Below, in pieces: positions 40,243 through 49,461 of a stretch of 64,000 bases of DNA. This stretch comes from Pseudobdellovibrionaceae bacterium (GTDB lineage Bacteria; Bdellovibrionota; Bdellovibrionia; Bdellovibrionales; Bdellovibrionaceae). Below the pieces are notes generated by a model that saw only the letters and a list, made by a program, of their open reading frames with translations, was not told where the DNA came from and did not search any database. The position numbers and the translations under genes were made by a program. Location of the stretch: contig JBDHWW010000009.1 of the NCBI GenBank assembly GCA_039810425.1, forward strand, positions 1 to 64,000. The letters are read 5' to 3'. Each line of letters starts with the position of its first letter. Positions within the stretch are counted from its first letter, which is position 1.

Positions 40243-40331
40243 AATCTCTATGGTGACATAGGGGCCCAGGAATGACACGATCGCAGCATTGTTCCTAGAC
40301 TTTCTTAAGAGGTGAATTTACCTTGAGAAAT

Positions 40332-40904
40332 ATGGATTTGCTGTACGAACTGGACAAAAGCCTTCTTTTACTTATCAACCGTCAATGGACGGCCCCATGG
40401 GCGGATGTTTTTTTCCCGGCAATTACGGATCTTCATAAAAATCCAATCTTCGTGGTCGTCATCGTGCTGACTTTGCTTTCGTTCTTTCTTTGGAAGTATC
40501 GCAAGTACGGATTGATGTTTTTTGTCGGCCTTTTGCTGGCGCTTGGAACTTCAGATCTTGTTGGCAGCCGTGTTTTCAAGAAGAACGTCGCCCGCTCGCG
40601 CCCGGGTGATTACCTCAAAGAGATGGTGGTCGTTCGCTCGCCTTACGGGGGTTACAGCTTTACCTCAAACCATGCGGCGAATATGTTTTGTTTAGCAAAG
40701 TATGTCGCGGAGTTTTTTCCTCAAAGCCGGGTAGTGATGTATAGTGCTGCGACTTTAATTTCCTACAGCCGTGTTTATAATGGCGTTCACTATCCATCCG
40801 ACGTTGTTGGCGGCGGGATCCTGGGTTGGATCATGGGATGGATCTATAGTATTCTGGGGAAGGACCTCTATAATCGCTGGAGAAAGAGAAGAGTGACGAC
40901 ATGA
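40332..40904 (+). CDS. PAP2-family membrane phosphatase
   Basis: KxxxxRxRP, SFTSNH and SRVYNGVHYPSDV motifs. Confidence 0.9.
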   Translation: MDLLYELDKSLLLLINRQWTAPWADVFFPAITDLHKNPIFVVVIVLTLLSFFLWKYRKYGLMFFVGLLLALGTSDLVGSRVFKKNVARSRPGDYLKEMVVVRSPYGGYSFTSNHAANMFCLAKYVAEFFPQSRVVMYSAATLISYSRVYNGVHYPSDVVGGGILGWIMGWIYSILGKDLYNRWRKRRVTT

Positions 40905-41893
40905 AAGTTCTAGTAACTGGTGCGAACGGGTTTTTAGGAAGCTGGCTCACGCGGGCCCTCGTCAAGCAAGGACACGAGGTCTATGCCTTAGTTCGCGCAC
41001 AGAGTGACTTGTCAGAACTCAATGGCGTCTCTTGCAACTATGTCTACGGCGACATTACGGACCTCGAGAGCTTGTATAAAACTTTCGGAGGCATGGATAC
41101 TGTCTTCCATCTCGCGGGTTTGATTGCTTACAAAAAATCCCATCGCGCCAAAATGGAGAAGGTCAATGTTTTTGGTACTGAAAACGTGGTTGACGCTTGC
41201 CTTACAAAAGGCGTTCGCCGCTTGGTTTTTCTTTCCTCAGTGGTCGCTGTGGGTGCCGGCTATAGTCGGAGCCAAATTCTCAATGAGGAATCCGAATACA
41301 ATGTTGGCAAACTAGATCTTGGCTATTTTGAGACCAAACGTAAAGCTGAAAAGATTGTTCTCGAGGCCCATAAGAACAAAGGTCTTGATTGCGTGATCTT
41401 AAACCCGAGCACAATCTATGGTGAGGGCGACGCTAAAAAAAGCAGCCGGAAGACACAGCTGAAAGTCGCGCAAGGACGCTTCAAGTTTTACACCTCGGGT
41501 GGGGTCAGCATCGTCGCCATTGAAGATGCTGTCGACGCCATCATTTCTGCTTGGAAAAACGGCCGCAGTGGAGAACGGTATATTATTTCCGGGGAGAATG
41601 TCACAATCGAAGAGTTGTTCCGCATGATCGCGGAAGAAGCCGGCGTGCCCGTACCCAACACCAAAGTTCCCACTGCGGTCATTTTTGCACTGGGTAAAAT
41701 CGGTGATGCCATGGAATCCATCGGCCTAAAAGGCTCGCTCAGCACTGAGAATGCCTGGACGGCAACATTGTTTCACTGGTTTGACAACAGTAAAGCAAAA
41801 AAGGAGCTGGGCTTTAATCCGCGACCAGCTCGCGAAGCTATTCGAAATAGTGTAAAGTGGATGAGAGATAATGGATTGCTGAGCCATCAATGA
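40901..41893 (+). CDS. NAD-dependent epimerase/dehydratase (HpnA/dihydroflavonol reductase-like SDR)
   Basis: TGANGFLG, FHLAG and YFETK (YxxxK) motifs. Confidence 0.9.
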   Translation: MKVLVTGANGFLGSWLTRALVKQGHEVYALVRAQSDLSELNGVSCNYVYGDITDLESLYKTFGGMDTVFHLAGLIAYKKSHRAKMEKVNVFGTENVVDACLTKGVRRLVFLSSVVAVGAGYSRSQILNEESEYNVGKLDLGYFETKRKAEKIVLEAHKNKGLDCVILNPSTIYGEGDAKKSSRKTQLKVAQGRFKFYTSGGVSIVAIEDAVDAIISAWKNGRSGERYIISGENVTIEELFRMIAEEAGVPVPNTKVPTAVIFALGKIGDAMESIGLKGSLSTENAWTATLFHWFDNSKAKKELGFNPRPAREAIRNSVKWMRDNGLLSHQ

Positions 41894-42768
41894 CGAAACT
41901 AATTAAAATCATAGGTATCGTTCTTTCAGCCGTGATAGTCGGTGCGGGCTCTTTTGCCGCCTATATTTATTCACACATCCCTAGCGAGCACCAAATCAAA
42001 GGTTGTATCGTGACGACGATGTATCAGGTGAATTTATGCCCGGGCTCGAAAGACTATGTTCCATTAAAACAAATCTCACCGCTTTTGCAAAAGACAGTGA
42101 TTTTGACCGAAGACTCTTCGTTCTACGAACACAATGGTTTTGACTGGAAATCCATCGAAGAAAATGCCCGGAAAAACTATGAAAAGGGCACCTACGCGAA
42201 GGGTGGCTCGACAATCTCCCAGCAGCTCACAAAAAACATGTTTCTCTATAAAGACAAGACACTGCTCCGTAAAGGATTAGAACTTGTGATTACAATGAAG
42301 ATCGAAAAAACTCTCAGCAAAAAAGAAATTCTGGAGCGCTATCTGAATGTGGTTGAGTTCGGTAAAGACATCTATGGCGTGAAGAATGCGGCGCAGTTTT
42401 ACTTTAAGAAAACTCCGGCACAGCTGGATGTGGTTGAATCTGCTTTCTTGGCGATGATCCTTCCGAATCCCGTGAAGTACTCGCAGTCCTACTTCCGCAA
42501 AGAGCTGACCCCTTTTGCTCATAAGCGCATTAAGCAAATCGTCACTGATATGTACCAATACACTCGTATTACCGAAGATGAATACAATGCGGCCATGTAC
42601 AAAGTTGATAGCTTCTTCTCGCCGGATGATTCATCTATGGACGCTTACCTGCAAGAAATTGAAAACTCGGGCCAGAATGTGGATAAAAGTGCCGGTCCAC
42701 ACACGACGGATACGCCGACCCTCGACGAACTTGAAAATCTGGGCTCTGAAGAAGATTCTGCTTTCTAA
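41890..42768 (+). CDS. mtgA: Monofunctional peptidoglycan glycosyltransferase (GT51) with acidic tail
   Basis: TEDSSFYEHNGFD, GGSTISQQLTKN, RKGLE and KKEILERYLN motifs; no transpeptidase domain. Confidence 0.85.
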   Translation: MTKLIKIIGIVLSAVIVGAGSFAAYIYSHIPSEHQIKGCIVTTMYQVNLCPGSKDYVPLKQISPLLQKTVILTEDSSFYEHNGFDWKSIEENARKNYEKGTYAKGGSTISQQLTKNMFLYKDKTLLRKGLELVITMKIEKTLSKKEILERYLNVVEFGKDIYGVKNAAQFYFKKTPAQLDVVESAFLAMILPNPVKYSQSYFRKELTPFAHKRIKQIVTDMYQYTRITEDEYNAAMYKVDSFFSPDDSSMDAYLQEIENSGQNVDKSAGPHTTDTPTLDELENLGSEEDSAF

Positions 42769-42770
42769 AT

Positions 42771-43562
42771 TTACTTAAGAAGCTTTCCGCGAATGCGGTA
42801 AATCGCGATATTCATCGCGAATACTCCCGCCAGCAACAACACAAGAGTGTGAATACCGACGGCCATTGTAAATCCGTCCTGCAAAAGACCACGCACGGCT
42901 TGAACCGCATGAGTCAACGGAAAGGCATAGGCCAAGTACTTCAATCCGCTGGGCAATTGATCAATCGGAAAGTAAGTCCCGCTAAAGAGCGACATCGGCA
43001 CGATAAAGCCCGACGTCGAATAGATAAAAGAATCATAGTTGCGCGCATATGACGTCATAATCATTGCCAGAGACGCAAACAACCAGCAAAGCAACAACAA
43101 GATCGCCAATGCCGGCAGGATTCTCCATGAGTCGATCAAACCAAAGAACGAAGCCACGAAGGCAACACCGCAAACACTGAAGTAACCTTTTGTCCCCGCC
43201 CAAAGCAGCTCCCCAAGCGCAATCTCTTCAGGCCCGATACGAGTAAGCATAATCGTCGCGTATGTTCTTTGATGAGTCAGCTTCGTGAAGCCACCATACG
43301 TGCCTTCAAAGAACGCGACCATCATTCCCGTTGAACAAAGCAAGCCCGGGAAGAAGAAATCAATATACGAATGCCCGCCGATATTTGCGACGAATGTTCC
43401 CAAACCAAAACCGATCGCGCCCAAGTACATCAATGGCTCGAGCACCACCCAAAACAATGATACCGTCCAGGTTTTACGGAAATAGAGGAAATTACGAGAC
43501 CAAACCCGCAAAAAACCACTATTCATTTTTGGCGTACGAATCATGTCGACGAACTTCATCAC
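42771..43562 (-). CDS. ABC-2 exporter permease, NodJ-like
   Basis: LEPLMYLGAIGFGLG, FSGTYFPI and PLTHAV motifs. Confidence 0.88.
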   Translation of the reverse strand: MMKFVDMIRTPKMNSGFLRVWSRNFLYFRKTWTVSLFWVVLEPLMYLGAIGFGLGTFVANIGGHSYIDFFFPGLLCSTGMMVAFFEGTYGGFTKLTHQRTYATIMLTRIGPEEIALGELLWAGTKGYFSVCGVAFVASFFGLIDSWRILPALAILLLLCWLFASLAMIMTSYARNYDSFIYSTSGFIVPMSLFSGTYFPIDQLPSGLKYLAYAFPLTHAVQAVRGLLQDGFTMAVGIHTLVLLLAGVFAMNIAIYRIRGKLLK

Positions 43563-44485
43563 TCGTCCCTCAATTGATGACCGGCAAGCTTCAAGAACAC
43601 GTCATTCAACGTCGGCTTACGGATAAGAATTTTATCACTGGCAATCAGTTCAATGGCCTTACGGCCGTCTTGAGTTGGGTTAATCAAAATCATCACAGTG
43701 TCCTGGATGACTTGATAACTGTATCCGCCCTCTTTGAGGCGGCCGACGTAGTAGTTTAAATCTACGGGGTTTGTCTCGAATTCAACGACTTCGATGCCGA
43801 TGTGCTCAAGAATCAAATCCGTCGGAGAGCCAACCGCCAGAATTCTCCCGTGATCCATGATGGCAACACGGTCACAAAGGCGCTCGGCCTCTTCCATATA
43901 GTGAGTGGTTAAAATCACGGTCGCCTTTTCGGCTTTCAAATGTTTAATGAAATCCCAGATCCATAAGCGTGCTTGCGGGTCTAAACCCGTCGTAGGCTCG
44001 TCGAGGAACAGCAACTCAGGGCTATTCATCAACCCGCGGGCAATCGCCAGGCGGCGCTTCATGCCACCGCTCAGAGTATCGACAGAGCGATCCGCATATT
44101 CTTCAAGACGCATTTCGCGCAATAGCGCTTGCGCCTTCTCAGCAGCTGTGCGCGCAGAGATCTCATGATAGCTTGCATAGACGAGCAAGTTTTCCAGAAC
44201 GCTAAAGTCTGGATCCAAGCCATCGTCTTGCGGAATCACACCGATACGATTTTTAATTTCACGGAAATTTTTCTTAACATTCAAACCGAGGACATATAGT
44301 TCGCCGCTCGTAACCAGGGCGCTGCAATACATCATCTTCATGGTCGTGGATTTGCCGGCTCCGTTGGGACCCAGCAAACCAAAGCATTCACCTTTAGGAA
44401 TCTCTAGATTGATGCCGTTGACGACAAAGTTCTCGTCATACTTCTTTTTGAGATCTTTGAGTTCAACGGCAATCTTTTGGCTCAT
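43559..44485 (-). CDS. ABC exporter ATP-binding subunit, NodI-like
   Basis: GPNGAGKST, LSGGMKRR, LDEPTTGLDPQAR and TTHYMEEA motifs. Confidence 0.92.
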   Translation of the reverse strand: MSQKIAVELKDLKKKYDENFVVNGINLEIPKGECFGLLGPNGAGKSTTMKMMYCSALVTSGELYVLGLNVKKNFREIKNRIGVIPQDDGLDPDFSVLENLLVYASYHEISARTAAEKAQALLREMRLEEYADRSVDTLSGGMKRRLAIARGLMNSPELLFLDEPTTGLDPQARLWIWDFIKHLKAEKATVILTTHYMEEAERLCDRVAIMDHGRILAVGSPTDLILEHIGIEVVEFETNPVDLNYYVGRLKEGGYSYQVIQDTVMILINPTQDGRKAIELIASDKILIRKPTLNDVFLKLAGHQLRDE

Positions 44486-44493
44486 TACCTAAA

Positions 44494-46308
44494 TTATTCT
44501 TTCGCTGCTCTCGCACGAGCGTTAGGGCTCAGCTCGCGGCAACGCAAACGAATATTTTTCGGCGTTACTTCGATGAGCTCGGAGTCTTTAATCCACTCCA
44601 TCGCCATTTCCAATGTCATAGGACGAACAGGAACGAGACGGATAGCTTCATCAGAACCCGACGCACGTACGTTGGTCAACTTTTTCTCACGAGTGATGTT
44701 CACTTCGAGGTCATTTTCCTTCGCATGCTCACCGACGATCATGCCCTCATACACATCTTGGCCATGTGTTACATACATAATACCGCGCTCTTGAAGATTC
44801 CAAATCGCGTAGGCAGTCGCTTGGCCCTTGCGGTCCGAGATCATCGCGCCATTCATCCGATGATCAATTTCGCCTTTGAAAGCATCCCAGCCATCAAACT
44901 GAGTATTCAATAAGCCGGTACCACGAGTATCCGTCAGGAAGGTAGAACGATAACCGATCAAACCACGTGACGGAATACGAAATTCCAAACGGGTGCGACC
45001 AGAACCTTTCTGAACCATGTTCATCATTACACCTTTACGCTTACCCAACTTTTCAGTCACGGCACCAACAAACTGATCTTCGATGTCGATAACCGCGATC
45101 TCCATTGGCTCCATTTTTTGACCGTTTTCCGTCTTCATAACGACGGTTGGTTTTGATACCAGCAATTCGAAGTTTTCACGGCGCATTTGCTCGATCAAAA
45201 CGCCCAACTGCAATTCACCACGGCCGATTACTTTGAAGGCATCGGTGTTGTCAGTTTTTTCTACGCGAATCGCAACGTTGTACAAAAGTTCTCTTTCGAG
45301 ACGCTCAAGGATCTTGCGGGAAGTAACGCTCTTACCTTCCATACCCGCGAACGGTCCGTTGTTCACCGAGAACACCATACCGACGGTTGGCTCTTCAACG
45401 CGAATACGCGGAAGTGGACGCGGATCGACCGCCGACGTGATGGTATCACCGATCGTGAAGTCTTCCATACCCGCAATAACCGCGATGTCACCGGCACCGA
45501 TTTCTTGTGCTGGCACTTGTGAGTTCACTTTGTATTGGAACAGGGCGGATACTTTCACCTTCTTTTCGACATTCGCTTGAACGCAAAGAACTTCGTCGCC
45601 CACCTTGATGCTGCCAGCGCGCATACGGCCAATCGCCAAACGCCCAACGTAGTCATTGTAAGAGATATTGGACACCATCACTTGGAGTGGATGATTTTCT
45701 TCGATCTTTGGTGGTGGGACCAGGTTTACGATTGCATCGTAAAGAACTTCCAATGAACCCGTATTCACTTTAGGGTCTAGCGTCGCCATGCCTTCACGCG
45801 CGATCGCGTAAACTGTGTGGAAATCGCATTGTTCTTCAGTTGCATCAAGGTCGATGAACAAATCGAAAAGTTCATTGTGAACTTCTTGAATACGCGCATC
45901 GGAACGGTCGATCTTATTGATACAAACGATCACTTTAAGATTTTGCTCAAGAGCCTTTTTCAATACAAAACGCGTTTGCGGCAGCGGGCCTTCAGAGGCA
46001 TCGCAAAGAAGAATACAACCATCAACCATGTTGAGGATGCGTTCTACTTCACCGCCGAAGTCACTATGCCCCGGCGTATCGACGATGTTCACTTTGATAT
46101 CTTTGTAGACAAAAGAAGCATTCTTCGCCGCGATCGTGATACCACGTTCTTTTTCAAGATCCATAGAATCCATCAAGCGTTCCTCAACGTGTTCGTTATC
46201 ACGGAAAGTACCGGCTTGCTTAATCAAGTGGTCCACAAGCGTCGTTTTACCGTGATCGACGTGCGCAATAATGGCGATATTTCTAATTTTCTTTGGATCC
46301 TGAATCAT
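44494..46308 (-). CDS. typA: Translational GTPase TypA/BipA
   Basis: [36 protein letters not shown] and [10 protein letters not shown] motifs. Confidence 0.97.
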   Translation of the reverse strand: MIQDPKKIRNIAIIAHVDHGKTTLVDHLIKQAGTFRDNEHVEERLMDSMDLEKERGITIAAKNASFVYKDIKVNIVDTPGHSDFGGEVERILNMVDGCILLCDASEGPLPQTRFVLKKALEQNLKVIVCINKIDRSDARIQEVHNELFDLFIDLDATEEQCDFHTVYAIAREGMATLDPKVNTGSLEVLYDAIVNLVPPPKIEENHPLQVMVSNISYNDYVGRLAIGRMRAGSIKVGDEVLCVQANVEKKVKVSALFQYKVNSQVPAQEIGAGDIAVIAGMEDFTIGDTITSAVDPRPLPRIRVEEPTVGMVFSVNNGPFAGMEGKSVTSRKILERLERELLYNVAIRVEKTDNTDAFKVIGRGELQLGVLIEQMRRENFELLVSKPTVVMKTENGQKMEPMEIAVIDIEDQFVGAVTEKLGKRKGVMMNMVQKGSGRTRLEFRIPSRGLIGYRSTFLTDTRGTGLLNTQFDGWDAFKGEIDHRMNGAMISDRKGQATAYAIWNLQERGIMYVTHGQDVYEGMIVGEHAKENDLEVNITREKKLTNVRASGSDEAIRLVPVRPMTLEMAMEWIKDSELIEVTPKNIRLRCRELSPNARARAAKE

Positions 46309-46319
46309 CTGTTTTCCTT

Positions 46320-47336
46320 TTATCCGTGTCCGCCCATAAGAAATTCCTCATGGCTCGTATCTTCTTGTTCAATTGTACCAATGCTTTTAAAAAATTCCGT
46401 CGCTAGATCCATGAGTTCGTCATGGGATTTTGTTTGGAATAAATTTTTTCGAAATTGGGAAGCGCCAGGATACCCTGTCGAGAACCAAGCTGCAAACTTT
46501 CGCAGCTGAATTCCGGTGATATGCTCATCACATTGCGCCACAATAGCCTCTCGCAGGTCTAGGAAGAGGCCCAGATAGTCTCGCGAGAACTCTTGAGACA
46601 TCTCTTCGCCTCTCCAAAGGCTCAAGGCATCCATAAAAATGTGTGGATTTTTTAAGCAACCGCGACCAATCAATACGCCATCGCAGCCCGATTCTTTCAC
46701 ACGTTGAACCGCTTGCTTAGGAGTGAGAATGTCGCCGTTGCCTAAGATCGGCAGCTTTGCTTTTGATTTTACCTCTGCGATGTAGTCCCAGTCTGCCCAA
46801 CCCGAATAAGATTGCGCGCGTGTACGGCCGTGAATCGCAACCCAAGTAATGCCTTCATTGTAGGCGATATTGCAGACATCGTGAGCGTTCAAGGAGTTCG
46901 CATCCCAGCCGGTTCTGATTTTGATTGTCACTGGAATTTTAACAGCATTCACTGTCGACCGAAGAACTTTCTCCAATAGAGGCAAATCACGAAGCATTCC
47001 AGAACCCGCACCCTTTTTAACAACTTTCGGCACAGGGCAACCAAAGTTAAGGTCAACGAAATCCGCGCCCATCTCTTCGGCAACTTGGGCACCTTTTGCA
47101 ATTGTCTCAGGATCTTCGCCGAAGAGCTGAATGCCGATCGGTCGTTGAACAGTATCGAAGCTCATTAGTTTAAGAGTTCGTTCGCTTTTGTATTCAATAC
47201 CTGTCGCGCTCACCAGTTCGGTGACAACGACACTTGCCCCACGTTTTTTCATGAACGTGCGGAAAGCGTGGTCGGTGATACCCGCCATCGGTGCTAGCAC
47301 AAAAGGATTCTGCTTTAAGGCTTCAATTGGATGCAT
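46320..47336 (-). CDS. dusB: tRNA-dihydrouridine synthase (DusB-like)
   Basis: LAPMAGITD, DLNFGCP, KIRTGWD, HGRT and NGDI motifs. Confidence 0.9.
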   Translation of the reverse strand: MHPIEALKQNPFVLAPMAGITDHAFRTFMKKRGASVVVTELVSATGIEYKSERTLKLMSFDTVQRPIGIQLFGEDPETIAKGAQVAEEMGADFVDLNFGCPVPKVVKKGAGSGMLRDLPLLEKVLRSTVNAVKIPVTIKIRTGWDANSLNAHDVCNIAYNEGITWVAIHGRTRAQSYSGWADWDYIAEVKSKAKLPILGNGDILTPKQAVQRVKESGCDGVLIGRGCLKNPHIFMDALSLWRGEEMSQEFSRDYLGLFLDLREAIVAQCDEHITGIQLRKFAAWFSTGYPGASQFRKNLFQTKSHDELMDLATEFFKSIGTIEQEDTSHEEFLMGGHG

Positions 47337-47473
47337 GCGAAGGCACAGGGTATAGCAAAAAGGCCGCCGTTGGCATAGGGGAATTCTGTTAAGTTATTAT
47401 TTTATTTGAACTTTTTACTGTGGGATGAGTTTGTTTAATGGCTCAAATTCGATATAGTGGTTTTAAGCAAATT

Positions 47474-47518
47474 AAAAAGCAAAGACCGGAGGGACGCTTG
47501 AAACCACTCCGGTCTTTG
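47474..47518 (-). terminator. Intrinsic terminator of the 47558-48043 gene
   Basis: CAAAGACCGGAG...CTCCGGTCTTTG stem with an A-run on the left. Confidence 0.65.
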
Positions 47519-47557
47519 TTGCCATTCATTCTTTAACTTAAGAAGCGGACTCGTAGA

Positions 47558-48043
47558 TTACTGAGCAAGTTCGATATGCATTCTGTTGAGGCCCAAGTTA
47601 ACGCCAAGACCGCGTGCGAATTGCAAAGAAACTTGGATTGCCAATTGTGGCAAGCCCACTTTAGTAGCTGCGATCACGCCAACGCCACCAGCAACCGCCG
47701 CTTGACCTTGAGCTACATAGTAAGTGCCCAAGACGTCTTCAGGTTGCATGTTCAGCAAAGAAAACTCAACTGCCTGACCAAAAAGTTTCATATAACCGAA
47801 AGAAACTTGTGGAGACAATGGCGCTGCTTCCATAGTTACTGTTACCGGGTAGTCAGCAACTTGGCCGGTTGGAGTCGCGCAAAGAAGGTTGCCTTTGCCA
47901 GAGAACTTGTACTGGCCAACAAAAACTTTAAGGCCCTTAGCGGCGCCGCTGAAGTTCAAAGAGCAGGCCCAAGCAGGAGCCGTGAAGGCGTGAGCTGAAG
48001 ATGCACCCAAAACCATCGCAATTGCCAAGATCATTTTTTTCAT
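47558..48043 (-). CDS. Secreted beta-rich protein, DUF992/EipA-like
   Basis: Signal peptide AHA; SGKGNLLC, GTYYVAQGQAAVAGGVG and GLGVNLG pattern. Confidence 0.6.
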   Translation of the reverse strand: MKKMILAIAMVLGASSAHAFTAPAWACSLNFSGAAKGLKVFVGQYKFSGKGNLLCATPTGQVADYPVTVTMEAAPLSPQVSFGYMKLFGQAVEFSLLNMQPEDVLGTYYVAQGQAAVAGGVGVIAATKVGLPQLAIQVSLQFARGLGVNLGLNRMHIELAQ

Positions 48044-48149
48044 TTTATTTCTCCTTACCGATTTCTATCGGTGGTTGTCGTTTTTAATTTTCCCGCGTCG
48101 GGAACAGAAAGAGAAATAGGACAGGTGCTTTTAAAAGTCTAGAGGGGTA

Positions 48150-48197
48150 TCGGGACATCTCGTCCCGACTTTAAAAATCGGGACATTCTGTTCCGAT
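48150..48197. repeat. Array of four alternating inverted TCGGGAC/GTCCCGA half-sites, probably a protein-binding site
   Basis: TCGGGAC-atctc-GTCCCGA-ctttaaaaa-TCGGGACA-ttc-TGTTCCGA. Confidence 0.6.
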
Positions 48198-48333
48198 TTT
48201 TAACCTTTTTATGGACTGAATGCTAAATGAACGTAAGAAACTCTCAGTTTTTCTATTCTTTATCATCGTCAAATAATCCAGAAAGCAAAGGGAACCCACA
48301 GACACGCTGGGAGCGTAGGCCCAAGCGCATAAT

Positions 48334-48942
48334 TTACTCCAGCCAAGTGACTCGGCCTTCAAGCTGGCGTGGCGCTTTGGGAGGTTGGTGATCGGGATAG
48401 CCAACAACGATCCCGCAAAGAAGTTCGAGTTCGCCCTTTTGATACTCAGGCAACTGATCGACACCGAGGAACTTATCCACTTCTTCTTTAATTTCGAGCG
48501 GCGCCCCCATCGTGCAGCAGCCAAGACCTTCAACAAAGCACGCGAGGTTCAAGTTTTCCACAGCCATATATACACTGCCAATACTCGTGTGATAGCGTTC
48601 TTCATTGTCATTGTGGGAGTATGCAAAAATCAAAACCGGCGCCTCACCGAGGGTAAAGAAGAATCTTTCAGTGAAATCATAGAGCGAAGGCTTCAAACGT
48701 TTTTGCAAAACATCTTTGATACCAAGCCACGACTTCTGGGAGTACTGCATGTACTCGTCGCGCTTTGCTCCTTGAACGATGAAGAAGCGCCAGTTTTGGC
48801 GATTCTTCCCGGAAGGCGCTTCCATCGCCGCGGCGAGAAGGCGATCCAGGAGCTCTTTCGGAACCGGATCTTTTTTGAACTTACGAATCGAGCGGCGGGC
48901 TTTTAATAAATTGTAGAAATCTTCTTTATTCATCGTGTTCAT
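48334..48942 (-). CDS. Nitroreductase family protein (likely start 48942 or 48933)
   Basis: RRSIRKF, APSGKNRQNWRF and AVENLNLA..EGLGCC motifs. Confidence 0.88.
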   Translation of the reverse strand: MNTMNKEDFYNLLKARRSIRKFKKDPVPKELLDRLLAAAMEAPSGKNRQNWRFFIVQGAKRDEYMQYSQKSWLGIKDVLQKRLKPSLYDFTERFFFTLGEAPVLIFAYSHNDNEERYHTSIGSVYMAVENLNLACFVEGLGCCTMGAPLEIKEEVDKFLGVDQLPEYQKGELELLCGIVVGYPDHQPPKAPRQLEGRVTWLE

Positions 48943-48970
48943 TCTAACAAACTTGTGGCAGACTTCACCT

Positions 48971-49459
48971 ATGGAATCTAAAAAATCTTCGCTCCCTGCT
49001 GAAAGTCTCCTTATAGGTTGTCTGTTGCTTTTGGCCCTGCTTGTCACAGCCGTGGCAATTACTCCGAACTGGCGCCAGGGAGTACGGGATTTCTTTCTTC
49101 CAGAGCAACGCCTGATCTTAGCGAAAGTTTCTGGAGATCTGACTGGCCATGGTCTTTATGTCACGGTTCTGAAAATTCAAATGCGCGACACGCTTGTGCT
49201 CGAAGTCTACAATGTCGAAAAGCCTGAAGAAAGCCTGCTCATGGCGAGAATTGTTTTGCCGGAAAAACGTGATGCGTACTTTCAGTTAAAGGGAAATGCG
49301 ACCAATTTGGGTCTTGCGGATGTCGACAATGACGGCACTCTTGAGATTATCGCTCCAGCGTTTGATGAGCAGATGATCGCACGACTGAATATCTATAAAT
49401 ATAACCCAGCAACACATGGCTTTGATCGCTTGAATGCCCCCTTGGTTCCTGAGCTCTAG
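48971..49459 (+). CDS. Membrane-anchored hypothetical protein with FG-GAP/Ca-binding-like motifs
   Basis: N-terminal TM; GDLTGHG and ADVDNDGTLEII. Confidence 0.65.
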   Translation: MESKKSSLPAESLLIGCLLLLALLVTAVAITPNWRQGVRDFFLPEQRLILAKVSGDLTGHGLYVTVLKIQMRDTLVLEVYNVEKPEESLLMARIVLPEKRDAYFQLKGNATNLGLADVDNDGTLEIIAPAFDEQMIARLNIYKYNPATHGFDRLNAPLVPEL

Positions 49460-49461
49460 TT

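Noticed and set aside
42771..44485. Nod-factor export or symbiosis
   Set aside because: NodIJ-like ABC-2 exporters are widespread and no nodABC genes are present
45817..46509. Long antisense ORFs (230 aa here; also 3271-3930, 10716-11366, 22413-23027, 23635-24270, 32099-32653)
   Set aside because: They are shadows of conserved genes on the opposite strand and have no recognisable motifs
48943..49047. Apparent 113-bp overlap between the nitroreductase and the divergent gene
   Set aside because: Artefact of longest-ORF start choice; ATGs at 48942/48933 and 48971 remove the overlap
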